The position numbers were made by a program, and so were the translations under genes. Of a stretch of DNA of 64,000 bases, positions 43,101-58,100 are shown one piece after another. Under the pieces are notes generated by a model. It had not been told where the DNA came from. It was given only the letters and a program-made list of their open reading frames with translations, and did no database searches. The stretch is from Ruditapes philippinarum. Its lineage: Eukaryota. The DNA lies in the NCBI RefSeq assembly GCF_026571515.1, contig NW_026862991.1, forward strand, positions 1-64,000, given 5' to 3'. Position 1 is the stretch's first letter; each line of letters opens with the position of its first letter.

Positions 43101-46100
43101 TAGCCATTTCTTCATCGAGAAATCTATAATAAGATGTGATAACATTTAATTTCAAACACATATATTTTTGTTCGTGTGACATTTGCTCAGCTTATGACAA
43201 ACTTACTGCAAGCGAATTTCTACTTAAAGGTGTAAAAATACTATGTTCGTTTCAAAAGATTTCATGCTGTGTGCTTTGGAAAAATTATATTTTCTTAACC
43301 CTTTGTACTTTTCATCATTAAGTATTTTTATTCTTTTTTCATTTTTTTTTTAAAATATTATTAATTTAATCTACTATGCACTGCACGCTAAACTACCTTT
43401 GATTTTGTATCCGGTACTCATGTCACAAACAGGCTTCCTTAGTTTTGTATTTTTTAGAATATGTATAATCTCCGAACATGTTTTCTTTGCATAGTAACAT
43501 ATTTCTATGTCTAAGGTCATCAGAAGAACACCTTCATTTCTCAAGTCTTCAATCACAAAGCTACAATAAACAAATGTTTTAAAAATACACATTTCAAATT
43601 GATTCATTGTTTTGCATAAATCAAATATATTATAGGTGAAGAGGTGTTTTTATTTAAGATCGAAACTGATGTTAAATTCTATACATAATATTTAATAATA
43701 CTAATTTCTCTATATATCAGAGATTGTTTTTTACTTCTATCAACATTAGAAACTATATTTAATTTACCGAAGTTTGAAAACTCCTTGTAAACTGACGATT
43801 TTCTCTTCTCCAAAGTCAAAGTCATTCAAATCCAAATTATATGTCATCTTTTCTATTCCTATTTCAAGTCGATTTAAGCAAGTTTGGAAGAAAATGTATG
43901 TATTCAGTTTTCTTTTAAAAAGGCTCACTTCCGAACAACATTCTATGCCTGTACAAAATGTTGGAATTCGGCACTGTGTAGAGTCCAGTAGCTCAGGCAG
44001 ATCAATTACGTATGGGCATTCTGTAATATATGAACGAGGGTAATATAATCCAAGGGTGAATGAACAGGTGAAGGTCCGAATAAACTTATATTTTGCCACA
44101 ATTCCTTTCAATTTTTATAATTCACTTCCCATGAACAATAAAAACTCACGTTGCTAAATTAACATTCTTAAATATCCATTGGAATTTACCGGTAACTTTC
44201 AATTTATAAAGACTGGGATAGTATTTTGAGGCAGATTTATATTCTATACCATTTGTTATAGTAATGTTTTAACAATATAAAGCACTTTTTTCAGAGAGAC
44301 TACATGGAGGTGACAATAAGATAATGAAAATATGAATAATAAAATGCTACCGTTTGCCCATCCTAAGCCGGAAATATTTAGTGTGCTGCTGTTGCACGGT
44401 TCGCCAATATATGGTGACAGATTAAGGTCGTTGTACAGTATATGTGTGTACTTTTCTGTCAAGTCATTGTCAGGAGAAAGTCCGTGTGCTTTATACCATA
44501 TATCCAAATCAAAATCTGCAACAAATGTTGTTTGATACATTTATCTTTTGTACATCGATAAAACTGGATTTTCAATGTATACTGGAGATTATTCGTAATA
44601 TCAAGGTAACTAAAAATCTAGGTTTGTATATCTGTATATATTCATAGTAGGTAACATTATCGTATTCATTGCAAAATGCTGCAAGTAGCGCAGTTGTATA
44701 ATCTCTTATGAACAGAAAAGCGTTTTATTGCCAAATTGATTTTTCCCAGTGCAATTTATTAAACATTATTAACAAAAACACCAAACAAGAGCTGTCACAG
44801 GAGACAGCGAACCTCGACTAATAAAATACTGGACGCAGTTAGGAAGACAAAACTATGGAATAAATCGGTTATGTATAATTATGCATTGAGTTAGAGTAAA
44901 AAATAACATTGTTAACATATTAACTTCCAAGATCAAGGGGAATAATTCTGGAAATAGTCACACAAGAGTTATGAACATTGTAACACAACATGTGTGTACT
45001 GATAAGAAATATATATTTGAAGTTTGAAGTAGATTCCTTAAAAAGTAAAGAAGTTTTTTTAAAGAAAATTCTAAGTTCAAAGAGAGATAAATCTAAAAAT
45101 ATTGCTTCAAGAGTTATGAACCTTGTCACATAAAATGAAATTGATGATAAGAAATAAGTATTTGAAGTTTGAGGTAAAACTAAAAAAGTTATAGTAAAAA
45201 TAACATTTTTGAAGTAAAATAATCTAAGTTTATGGGGTGATTATTCTGCAATATTGGTGCTAGAGTTATGAACCTTGTCAAATAACATGTGGTTAATGGT
45301 AAGGTACATATATTTGAAGTATGAAGTTGGTCCCTTAAGAAGTAAAGAAGTAACAGAAAAAATAGTATTTTTAAGGAAAATCCTAAGTTCAAGGGGAGAT
45401 AAATCTAAAAATATTGGAGCTAGAGTTGTGAACCTTGTAACATAAGATGTGGTTGATGATAAAGAACATATACTTGAAGTATGAAGTTGATCCCTTAAGA
45501 AATAAAGAAGTAACAGTAAAAAACAGTATTCTAAGTTCAAGGGGAGATAAATCTGAGTATATTGGTGTTAAAGTTATGAACCTTGTCTCATAAGATGCTA
45601 TTGATGATAAGAAACATATATTTGAAGTTTGAAGTTGATACCTTAAGTTATAGTGAAAAATACTTTACTGCACCAAAACTTTAATCTGAAATCCGGACGC
45701 GGACGCCGGGGCGGGTAGGACAGCTCTCCATATACTTCGTATAGTCGAGCTAAACGTGCAGATAGCAATTAAACATACTTTGATCAATGAAGTGAGCATC
45801 CCAGTCACAATTGAGCTTTGGAAGAACAGCATTTTTAAGAACCTGGACGTTTGTTTGACAGGCAGCACTGGCTTCTAGGCAAACGCTTAGGTTCATGTTA
45901 ACAATATACTTTCCTTCTCCTCCAAGATTATAAACAGACACACTGTATAAAGGAAGAGAGTAACATTATAATTGTAAAAAAACAAAGGTTATTATAGCCC
46001 AAGTTTGCTTTTTTATTTTAGCTATGAAAAATATCGTAAATTAATGTACATGCTTATTCGTCGATTATCATATAGCAATAAGCTATATATACGGTAAAAT

Positions 46101-49100
46101 TCAAACAAAAAATGACAACATTTCATAAACAAAGTTTACAATGCTTACCTCATACGAATGACTCCGTATAACCATAAATGTTCTGTCTGACCCCATGTGT
46201 AATTAAACAGATGTTTTGAATGTTTAAACTTTTCAATTTCAAACGTTATTTGATGTGTACAAGGATCAACGTTTAACAGAGTTTTGAAAGTTTTATTGAC
46301 TGTCTCTACTTCAACACAACATTCGACATCAGTACAGCTCTGGCCAATAGTGCAATACACGTTGTGTGGCAAATTCTGCAAGCCGGTTGTAAGAGTTCTA
46401 GGGCAATCTGAATTATGATATATAGTCAAATTAAAGTTACAATAGAGATCTAAGATTTGCCTTTTGTCAAAACACGTTTAAAATGCAATCAAATGTTGCC
46501 TTTCAGAAAAATAGTAGTTTAACATTATTGCTGGGTGTAAAAATTCTAAACCAATTAAGAATATAGTTTAATCCTTTTTAAAGGAAACTGACAAATATTT
46601 GAATGATATGCAAATATGTATTCTAACCATTCGTCCATGAAGTATTTCTTGACATATTTCCTTGGCAAGATGTTTCATTTAAGAACGGAGAAAGGTTGAG
46701 TGAGTTCAACAACTTTGAGGAGTAATATGAATCCAAAGGCTTGCCGGCTGTTAAACCCTCATTGGATATCCATTTTTGCAAAGAAAAATCTAGAAAGCAA
46801 AGTTTGGCATAACAGATATGTGATTTGAAAGAAAACAATAAAAAAATTATTATACAAATAAAAGCAAGGGTAATTCTTCATGATAAAAATGTAAACCATA
46901 CCACTTGGAAATTCTAAAAATAAATAGAAGTGATAAAACTGTATATCTGCTATATATATATATATATATACATATAAAATGACTTGTCTTTTTGTTCATT
47001 TTTGACGTTTCATACTGATTTCAAAATTTAAATTACATGTATATAAAAAAACTAGCACATGTATTTAACACATCACAAATGTGTAACAATGTAATGTAAT
47101 ATTGAGGATATGATTTAATAATGTTACTGTCTTTCGTAATTGCTGTGATTTCGTCCTAATAACAATTTTAAAATATTAAGTGATTTGACATTTATTTTTC
47201 TAGTATTGCATATTAATATTAATACAATGCCAATAGGATTCAAGCAAACTACTGTTCATTGAAATATCACATAAAATAAAAAGCTGTAAAAAACCTGAAG
47301 AAGATAATAACCTTTGGTAACATAATCCCTATTCCATTTACATGACTCTTTAGGAAAGAGCACTCCATCAAGAATGGTCGACTGTATATCACATGATGAG
47401 GATGATTCAAAGCAGACACTCAGCTTCGCATTTGACATGATCTTCTTTTCATTTTGTAGGTCGAAAAAGGAAAAGCTAAGAAAAGAAGATACAATAAAAT
47501 AAAGTAAAACGGAACTCCTCAAAAACTCCCTAACGGAAAAACTGAAATTGCTACATGGAGAGTATTTCAAATGGAATGCTACAATTGCAATTCTATATTT
47601 TAACATACATTAATACTTATGCTGACAAATATGTTGTAAAGTATACCTCATTTTCCGGATACTTATTTTGAAAAATATTACACGTACCACAAAACATGAC
47701 AACCACCAAACCCGGACAGCCCCGAAAATACTTAATTTAGTATTTTATTTGTTCAGTGGTTGTCAGTCACTTTTTTTTTATCAGCGATAATTGCATTTTT
47801 CTTCTATAATTAAGTAAATATACGAGTATTTATTTCAAACTTCATAAATGCTAATATTTTAATCTCTATTTTGAGAATGTTGACGTTGAAATTTGAGCGC
47901 CATGAAAGCAATGGAAAAATAACCGTTCTTAAAACTTTTGCAATGCCCAAACTTATTTATCCTCTCACAGTTTTCCATAACCCAGACCAAGAAATCATAA
48001 ATAAAATAAAAAAGCTCATGTTTAACTTCCTATGGGACATCAAACCAGACAAAATATCAAGAGATAAGATTATTCAAGATTACCAACATGGGGGGCTTAA
48101 AATGCTAGACATTGAAAGTTTTATATATTTCTTAAAATGCTCTTGGGTTAAACGCATTAAATTGCAGCAACATTCAAATGGGTTAAAGTATATGAAAATA
48201 TGTTAAATAGATATTGAAAACAATTCATATTTAAATGTAATCTAAACATATAAGATATTGAAAATTTTGATATTAGATCTACATTTTTAAAAGACGTACT
48301 CAGTGCTTGGTCGTATGCAAACTTTAATAAAGAAATAACTGATGTTGGTAAAGAAATTATATAGAACAACACGAATATAAAACTAAGTAACAAACTATTT
48401 GTTTTCTGTGAATGGATGGAAAAGGGCGTAATCTTTATCGAACATATATACGATTATAGGAAAAAACAATTTTATAGCTTTAACGAAATCCAAAACCTTT
48501 ATGGCATAGCCCAATCAAACTTTTTATACTATCATCAACTCATAAAATGCATACCAAAAGAATGGAAAATAAAACTAAAATCTGAAGGGATTCAATACAA
48601 AGCTAATAACTAATTAATTGATAAATTAAAACCGCAAATTAAAACCTGCCGATTTATTTATACTATGCTTATTCAAAAGAAAACAACAACAAACAATCAT
48701 CAAGAAAACAAATGGGAAGCTGAACTCTCAGGCAACTTTGAATGGAAAAATATATTCCATCAAATCATAAACATAACGATTGATACCAAACTTCAAAGTT
48801 TTCAGTATAAATATCTTATGCATATTTTGCCAAATAATGAAAAACTCTTTAAATATAATATGGTGGAGTCAATGTTATGCGATTTTTGCAACTCGGCACC
48901 AGAATCTAATGTACATGTATTTTGGGAATGCTAAAAAATTCAACCATTTTGGTGTCAAATCAGGATTTTTTTACGAACAAAATATTTGACAGACAAAGCT
49001 CTAGTATCATACGAAACTGTCAGTTTGTGTAATGTGAATATTCAAAATAATATGAAATCAAACTGCATTTACTAGATTTTACTCTTAGGTAAATATTTTA

Positions 49101-52100
49101 TTTTTAAAAATAAATACCAGAAAACCGTACCAAACTTCAATGAATTTTTAAATTATCTTAGATATAAACTTAGTGTAGAAAGACTCATTCCTGAAATGAA
49201 AATTAAGGTCGATGTCCATAACAACAAGTGGAGCATATTCACATCATAAACATATGCGACTGACTGTAGTCTATTAAATATTATTTACACGCTTACTATG
49301 AAACGCTTCTTTCTTGATAAATGACAACATAACTATAAATAATTAAAATTACATATATCATGCTCTAGATTACCTTTCCATTTTTACAATCATGTTAAAT
49401 CAGTATAAATCTACTAAGTCTTTATTAAAGTTATTTTCTGATGTAACCATTGTTTATTCTTGCAATATAAAAATCTGTAATATGTTTGTAAATGTGTATA
49501 TTGTATGTTATGTATTTGTTTGTACGTACTGGATAATAAAATAAATAATAAAAAAGAAAAAAAAGAAAGCAGTGCCTGACCTCATATACCAGCTAGAATC
49601 ATTAGCAGAGTAAACAATAGAATTTCCAAAACTTCAGCATTTGTTGCATTTTTAAATTGAAACTGGAGTTGATTTCTATATTCAAACTAACATTGCTGAA
49701 ATATTGTATATCATGTTAAAAATCAAAAATTAAAACACCAAAGCTTTTATCTGAATTAAATCACGCTATGTACTTATCTGTCCGGACACATGGTACTGTA
49801 GTGTAGACAATTTAGGTAATTTTGATACCCTCCTTGACAAGCCTCAGATATAAGAGTCAATACAATCAGTAAAAAACACTAGACTTTGTTAGTAAGGAGA
49901 AGAACCTAGCTGTACTATGTCAAATTTTTAGGTCTCTGTGATTAAAATTATGAAATCTGTATAGAAAAATGTTCAAAAAGTGTCCGGTTGATGGTCAGTA
50001 TAGAATGTCCAAAATGGCAAAATTGAAAATGTTGCAGACTCGGTTTGATTGAGCCTGTTCATGGACGGCACTGTCATGTGCAAACTTCCGTCCACCCCTC
50101 CTAGCACCGGCTTTAGCAGAATGCAACATTTAAACATGATAATGAATTTAGAAACATCCACAGACCCTCATACGGGGTTATCTTGGAAAACGGTGTTACT
50201 TACTCAAAGCGAACGATGCCTCCAAAGTTCAATCTTTTTGTCTGTTCTGTTAGAATAACACAAATACTTGTTGAGCAAACAGCAATATCAACATTTTTGC
50301 ATATCATCGAATATTGTAAATTAATGTTTCTTGTCAATCTTCATAATATACAATGTACAACACAAATTAACATTTTGATAAAGTAATGTATAATGCCAAA
50401 ACCGTTACATTGATAAATGTCAAATAATTACTTTATATTCCGAAAGTAAATAATAAGCTTACGCAAGAATACAGTAATCAAATGTAAAATAAAACAATAG
50501 TTTTAAGCGATATGTTAAAGTTTTAATGTTTTCATTCTGTCAAATAACTCCATTTGGTATAACTTATCAATCTGATGAACTTAATACATATTTATTCAGA
50601 ATATATTTCCACTTTACTGTTAAGCTTTATAAAACTTTTAAATTTATACTGTATTTTCAATATGTTTACCATATGTAAAAATTACTATCTCTTTTGGTAT
50701 CTTTTTTCAACAACAATTAATCAATTAATCAAACTATTCATTTAACTTAATGGAATTTTTTATATACATTACCCCGTATAAAGTCAAATATAGATCTTCT
50801 CAACTGCAGTTTTTCAATGTTGACTTCGACTATTGACTTACAGACATCGATGTCATAATAAAATTTAATATTTCTGTTGATTGGATTTACAAACACACAG
50901 CATTCCAGCTTCGTACATGCACTATTCAGAGTACAGGACATACTTGACGGCAAAGCTTTGGTATTTGTGAACGGACAACCTTTTGAGAGAATAAGACAAT
51001 GTTATTAAATTATGAAAATTATTAAATTAAATATTTTCCCTAATCTTTTTTAAAGGAATTGAATTGTTTTGTTTTTTATTTCCAAGCCCAGATATCAGCC
51101 ATAACTGGGCATAACACGAAAATGGAAAAAGAAAATATGTGTTTTTTAAACCGCCAGAAATACGGTTCATTTTCAGCTATCAACATATTAATGTTAAAAC
51201 AAATATGAAAAAAATTGTCGATTCAAACAAACAAACTTAAGTTTCTAGAACCTTCTATTATTGCACAAAACTTTTGTTTTGATTATGATACTTTTTTACC
51301 TTTATGTACAGCGCCATTGAAGTTTGACTTTCAAATGGAGAATGTTGTCATATCTTCAACATTATGATCATGTATTTTATAAAAATTATATCGTATTAGC
51401 ATTTAAAATCGTTTAAATATTTTTCTTATTTGAATAAAACTTACTATTTTCCCATCCATAATTTATCTTTGTGTTGTTAACATTACACTCTATGTCATTT
51501 ATGTACGTTGACAGGCCTAAGTCTTCAAGTAATATATCGGAAAAGGGCTTTTCAAGTGGCACGTCTGTTTGGAGTTCATTTTGTAATTTCCATTCTAGTA
51601 GTGAAAAGTCTGCAAATCAAATCATTAAATGATATATTCAATGCAACCATTATATGGACTCTTTAGTGTTTGATTCTATCATTGTGCTTATAATTCTTTA
51701 TTAAAACCACATAAGAAAATGTGTCTATAATTGACCTCAAACAAATTTGTGGGTACAGGTAAGAAATAAGCTTTGTTTTTGTAAATTGTCCATTATAATG
51801 AGAAAGGGATTTCGTCTCTTTCAAGATGATTTGTCTTTATTGATGACAAGTACATGTTCTCTTAAAAGGAAGTTTCAATATTGCCATGATCTAAATCTCA
51901 GATAAACATACCCTTTATAGGGAATGTTTCCATAGTCGAGTAATCACAAAAACGTTTTGAAAATTTAGCCTTGTTGAATATGTTCTTCTCAAACAAACAT
52001 GTGCCGTTTGATTCAAGGCATGCTTTAGTTGTTAGCGTCAAAACAAAGGCATTTTCTCCGTCGAGGTTTTCCAAAACAAATCTGATAGAGGAAACGGTAC

Positions 52101-55100
52101 ATTTAAGTAACTTATAAACAAAAATGTATATTTAATAATTTGATTAATAAATAATTTTTATACTCTAGTATTAGTCTTCTAATTATCTCACAATTCATTA
52201 CTATTATTATTATCATTGTAATGCAATATAAATCATTAAAAGGGCGAAAGATATGATATGATATAAGTATGGTCAAATAAATCTTACTTTACTTTTTTAT
52301 TCTTTATCAGAACTTTTTCGACTTTTTAAAATGTCTGGCATGGAAAAACATTGAAAGGACGTATGACAAGACGAAATAGAGAAAATAAGAATCCCCAAAG
52401 AAAGCCTAACACGACAACATTGAAAATGTTACAAGACTAGAATGACCTGTCTTACTTTAATCTTATTATTCCTTTCAAGTAAATTTCTTGCTCTTTGTTC
52501 CAGTCAAACTCTTGCAAAGACATTTGTACTTTGAACTCTTCAATTGACACAGTTAATAACTGCTGACAAGGATCCACACTGAATTTTATATTGAAGTTTC
52601 TGGTGATGGGTTCTACTGACAGGCAGCAATTCATATCGTTGCATGTTGACAAATAACACTTCAGCTCACTTGGAAGACTGTGAAGAAGGTGACTTAGGGC
52701 ACATTCTGCAATAATGATATATGTTATTTGCAATTGTGTTCCTCATAAAATACTTATGTATCAAAATTACAAACTGGAATTTACTAATTCCCAGTCGATA
52801 AGAGAATTACATGTATCAATGCGTTGTTCAAAATTTGTTTTCCATTTCTTATGTAATTGAATTATATTTCTTCACTGTTGCAGTATTCTATTAAAGTTTA
52901 TTTAGAAAAATATGTGATGGAAATCATTTACTGAATATCTATAATACAAACTTACTTGACAATGCAACATCTAAAGCTTTATTTGCATAGTCTTGCAGTG
53001 TGCACTGTCCTTGTGAGAGATATCTAGGCAAGCCAAGATCTGACATCAATGCTGAATAATCCAAGTCCGAAATGCTTTGGTCAAGTGTATATCCGCGGTT
53101 TTTTATCCAGCCAGAAATTGAAAAATCTAAAGGCAAATTAGAAGTTGTAAAATTGAATAAATGTAAGAAAATATCAATAAGGAAGATCAACATGAATTTC
53201 AACAATAACAAGAACTGTCGGAAGACAGTAAGGCTCGACTATTCGAAAAATGTGTCACAATGGTGTTTTATTGAGTATAATTATGCTTACCTATGAATAC
53301 ATAAAATTGACAGAAAAGGTACAAAGGCTTGTTATTAAGATGGGTTTTTTTCAAGTAAATCACTGCTTTATTATTATGAATGCATAAAATTGTCCCCAAA
53401 AAGGCACAAGCCCTTCAGTAGTTATGGAGATAACAGTTTACTAGCAAAACTTTACCATGAGTTTCCAAGTTGAAAAAAGGGGGGGGGGATCAGCCTAAAT
53501 GCAAGATAGAATTATGGATATTGGTTAGTGACCTACAATTATGATCCTAAATGCATATGTGAAGTTATAAATAAATATCTTTAATAGTAATTGAGATATG
53601 TAAAACTTGCATGTAAACATTAAACAAGAGACTAAGTAGAAAAGGGGAGATAAATCAGCCTAAATGCAAGAAAGAGTTATGGAACTTGGTCAGTGACATA
53701 CAATTATGACCCTTCATGCATATGTGAAGTTTCAAATTAAAATCTCTGATAGTTAATGAGATATGTAAAACTTACATGTAAAAAATAACCAAGAGACTCA
53801 GTAAAAAGGGGAGGTAAATCAGCCTTAATACATGACACAGATATGAGTGCTGTTCAGTGATCAATATTTATGACCACAAATATACATATGAAGTTTCAAG
53901 TTTGTATCTTTAATAGTTTCAGAGATATGCAAAATATTGCAGGCAGAATTATGCACATTTGCAAACTGATGTACATTGTAACTATAAGCTAGAAATGTGT
54001 CCATAGGACACGGATGCCCCCACACCACTGTTCTGTCAATCTTATGACTCTACGTCAAATATTTTTGGACTATATGTGCAACAATTTGAAAACTAAAAAT
54101 CTTTTACTAAATAAATAAAGGGCAAGAACATTAAAAATACTGAATAAATCTACAAGCAAACCCCAGGTACACATGCTGACCAACATTCTTGTAAACTTTC
54201 AGGCCTACAAGTCAAATACTTTTTGAGCTATGCATGAACAAAATGAAACTTGCAAATTTATACTACTGTTAGTCAAGGGCAATAACTCTAACAAAACTGA
54301 AAAAAACACATGCAAAGTCCCAGGTGCATAGCTTCACAGTGATGTTGATCATTATTCCTGTAATTTAATGATGTTGATCATTATTCCTGTCAAGTAAGTT
54401 GATTCTAACTCAGGCACTCAAGGAACAAATAACACAACATAATGAAACGGTTTTTACTAAGTCAAGGGCAATAACTTTACAAATACTGGATAAATCCACA
54501 AGCTAAACCAAAGGTGCACAACTACATATGCTGAGCAAAATTCCCGTAAGGTTTCATGAGTCTATGTAAAATCCTTTTTGAATTACATGCGACACAAGTT
54601 GAAAATTGCAAATTTTTCCTAAGTCAAGGGCAATAACTCTAAAAATACTAAATAAATCCAGACGAAGATACGCATATGCACAACTACACATGCTGATTAA
54701 CATTCCTGTAAAGTTTCATGACTCTAGGTAATGTTCTTTTTGAGTTACATGCGACACAAGTTGAAAATTGCAAATTGTTACTTAGTCAAGGGCAATAACT
54801 GTAAAAATACATAATATATACAGACGAAAATACCCAGGTGCACAACTACACCTGCTGATCAACATTCCTGTAAAGTTTCATGACTCTAGGTAAAATCCTT
54901 TTTGAGTTTCATGTGACACAAGTTGAAAATTGCAAATCTTTACTAAGTCAAGGGCAATAACTCTAAAAATACTAAATAAATCCAGACGAAGATACGCAGA
55001 TGCACAACTACACATGCTGATTAACATTCCTGTAAAGTTTCATGACTCTAGGTAATGTTCTTTTTGAGTTACATGCGACACAAGTTGAAAATTGCAAATT

Positions 55101-58100
55101 GTTCCTAAGTCAAGGGCAATGACTGTAAAAATACTAAATATATCCAGACGAAAATACCCAGGTGCACAACTACACCTGCTGATCAACATTCCTGTAAAGT
55201 TTCATGACTCTAGGTTAAATCCTTTTTGAGTTTCATGTGACACAAGTTGAAAATTGCAAATTTTTACTAAGTCAAGGGCAATAACTCTAAAAATACTAAA
55301 TAAATCCAGACGAAGATACGCAGATGCACAACTACACATGCTGATTAACATTCCTGTAAAGTTTCATGACTCTAGGTAATGTTGAAAATTGCAAATTGTT
55401 ACTAAGTCAAGGGCAATAACTGTAAAAATACTAAATAAATCCAGACGAAGATACGCAGATGCACAACTACACATGCTGATTAACATCCCTGTAAAGTTTC
55501 ATGACTCTAGGTAATGTTGAAAATTGCAAATTGTTACTAAGTCAAGGGCAATAACTGTAAAAATACTAAATAAATCCAGACGAAAATACCCAGGTGTACA
55601 ACTACACATGCTGATCAACATTCCTGTAAAGTTTCATGACTCTAGGTAAAATCCTTTTTGAGTTACATGCGACACAAGTTGAAAAATTGCAAATTTTTAC
55701 AAAGTCAAGAGCAATAACTCTAAAAATACTTAAAAAAATCCACACTAAATAAATCCAGACGAAAATACCCAGGTGCACATCTGCACATGCTGATCAACAT
55801 TCCTCTTAAGTTTCATGACTCTAGGTCAAATACTTTTTGAGTTACGTGCGGCACAGAAGGGAATGGACGGACGGACGGAAGGACGGACGGACAAGGGTAA
55901 ATCTTAATGCCCCCCCCCCCTCCAGAGTGGGGACACAAAAAGTATTGTAAATTTCAATTGAATATCTCAAGCAATTGAGATATTTGACTTTACAAAAAAC
56001 TTTAACAAAAATTTCTAATTTAAAAAGGGGCATAATTCTGTAAATATTGTAGGCAGAGTTATCCAACGTGTCAATCTGATGTACATTGTTACTATAAATA
56101 AGTATTGTAAGTTTTAAATTGAATATCTCAAGCAATAATTGAGAATTTGACTTTACTAAAAACTTTAACCAAAATTTCTAAGTTAAAATGGGGCATAATT
56201 CTGTAAATATTGTAAGCAGAGTTATCCAACTTGTCAATATGATGTACATTGTTACTATTAATAAGTATTTTAAGTTTCAATTGAATATCTCAAGCAATAA
56301 TTGAGATATTTGACTTTACAAAAAAACTTTAACCAAAATTTCTAAGTTAAAAGGGGCATAATTCTGTTAATATTGTAGGCAGAGTTATCCAACTTGTCAA
56401 TCTGATGTACAGTGTTACTATAAATAAGTATTGTAAGTTTCAAATAAATATCTCAAGCAATAATTGATATATTTGACTTTACAAAAAAACTTTAACCAAA
56501 ATTTCTAAGTTAAAAGGGGCATAATTCTGTTAATATTGTAGGCAGAGTTATTCAACTTGTCAATCTGATGTACAGTGTTACTATAAATAAGTATTGTAAG
56601 TTTCAAATGAATATCTCAAGCAATAATTGAGATATGATATTTGACTTTACAAAAAAACTTTAACCAACGCAGACGTCGACGTGGACGCCGGGGCGACTTC
56701 ATTAGCACTCTATATTCTTCGAATAGTCGAGCTAAACACGGCTCTTTTTTGTGTGGGCGTTTTAAGGTTCCGCTTTTTACCATTTTCTTAGAGTTTCTTT
56801 TACACAATATTCCTTCAAGGCAATTGTTTCAAATGACTTACTGCTCTTTTTAAACCCTTCAGCGAGGGCGCACTGGGGTTTAGGTAAAACAGCTTGGGAA
56901 AGAACAGTTTGCTTAAGAGAACAAGCACCACCACTTTCAAGACAAACACTGACATCAAGATCAATAGCATATGCTTCTTCCTCTTGTAAATCATAAAGGC
57001 GGAAACTGTAAATAATATAAAAAGTATAAATCAAGAAAAGAAAGGATATATGATCTGTAGGCAATAGTTATATCATGTTATATTGTGTAGAACATTTTAT
57101 TCATGCATTCTTACGTGCGTTGTGTTTCATATTCATTTAGTACATTATGCCAAAATTTATTCATGACTGAATGGAAATATTTTAAAACAAGAAATGTCGA
57201 ACGACACATATGCCCCCCCTTTCTAGCCCTTGACTCATACCATTGGTAATTTTGTTATAGAAACATGCTATAAATGGGTACATGGAAGTGTTCAGTTATT
57301 TTAAAAAAGGAATGGCCAATATATGACCTGAAACTGAATGAAATCTATCATTAACAAGAAATGTCGAACGACACATTTGCCTTGACTCACATAATTGGTA
57401 ATTTTTGTTATAGAAACTTGCCATAAATGGGTACATGGAAGTGTTAAATTATGGAAAAAAGAAAAATAATGAAGACTTTGTGATAAATAGTAATTCAAGA
57501 TAATGAGACATTTAAGACCCGAGTGACCTAGACCTTTGAATTAGTGACCCAAAATCAAAAAGGGGTCATCTTAATAGTTATTGACAATCCAATATTAGAA
57601 ATATGAAGACTTTGTGAAAAAAAGCTTTCAAAATAATAAAAGGAAAAACCAGCACTAACATTCAAGAACCCTGGGGACCTTGACCTTTGACCCTAAATGA
57701 CCCCTAAAATTAATAGGAGTCATTACTAGTTATGACCAATCAGTATTGTTAAATATGAAGACTTGGTGATAAAAAGTCTTCAAGATAATTATGCGAAACT
57801 ATTCATACATTTTAGGCCCCTGTGACCTTTACCTTTGATACTGTAGCCCATAAGCAACACTGAATGACTGTGGGTTAAGGACAAATCACTATTGAAAATG
57901 AATACGTTTATAATTTTCTTTCCCAAGATAAATGAGCTGAAATCATACCTTCAAATTCAAAACCCTGTGACCCTTGACCTTTGCACCCAAAAAAATTAAT
58001 AGGGGGTCATCTTACTAGATATGACAAATCATATGTGACATATGAAGACTTTTTGGATAAGAACCATTTTGACATTTAAGGCCCCTGTGACCTTGACCCT

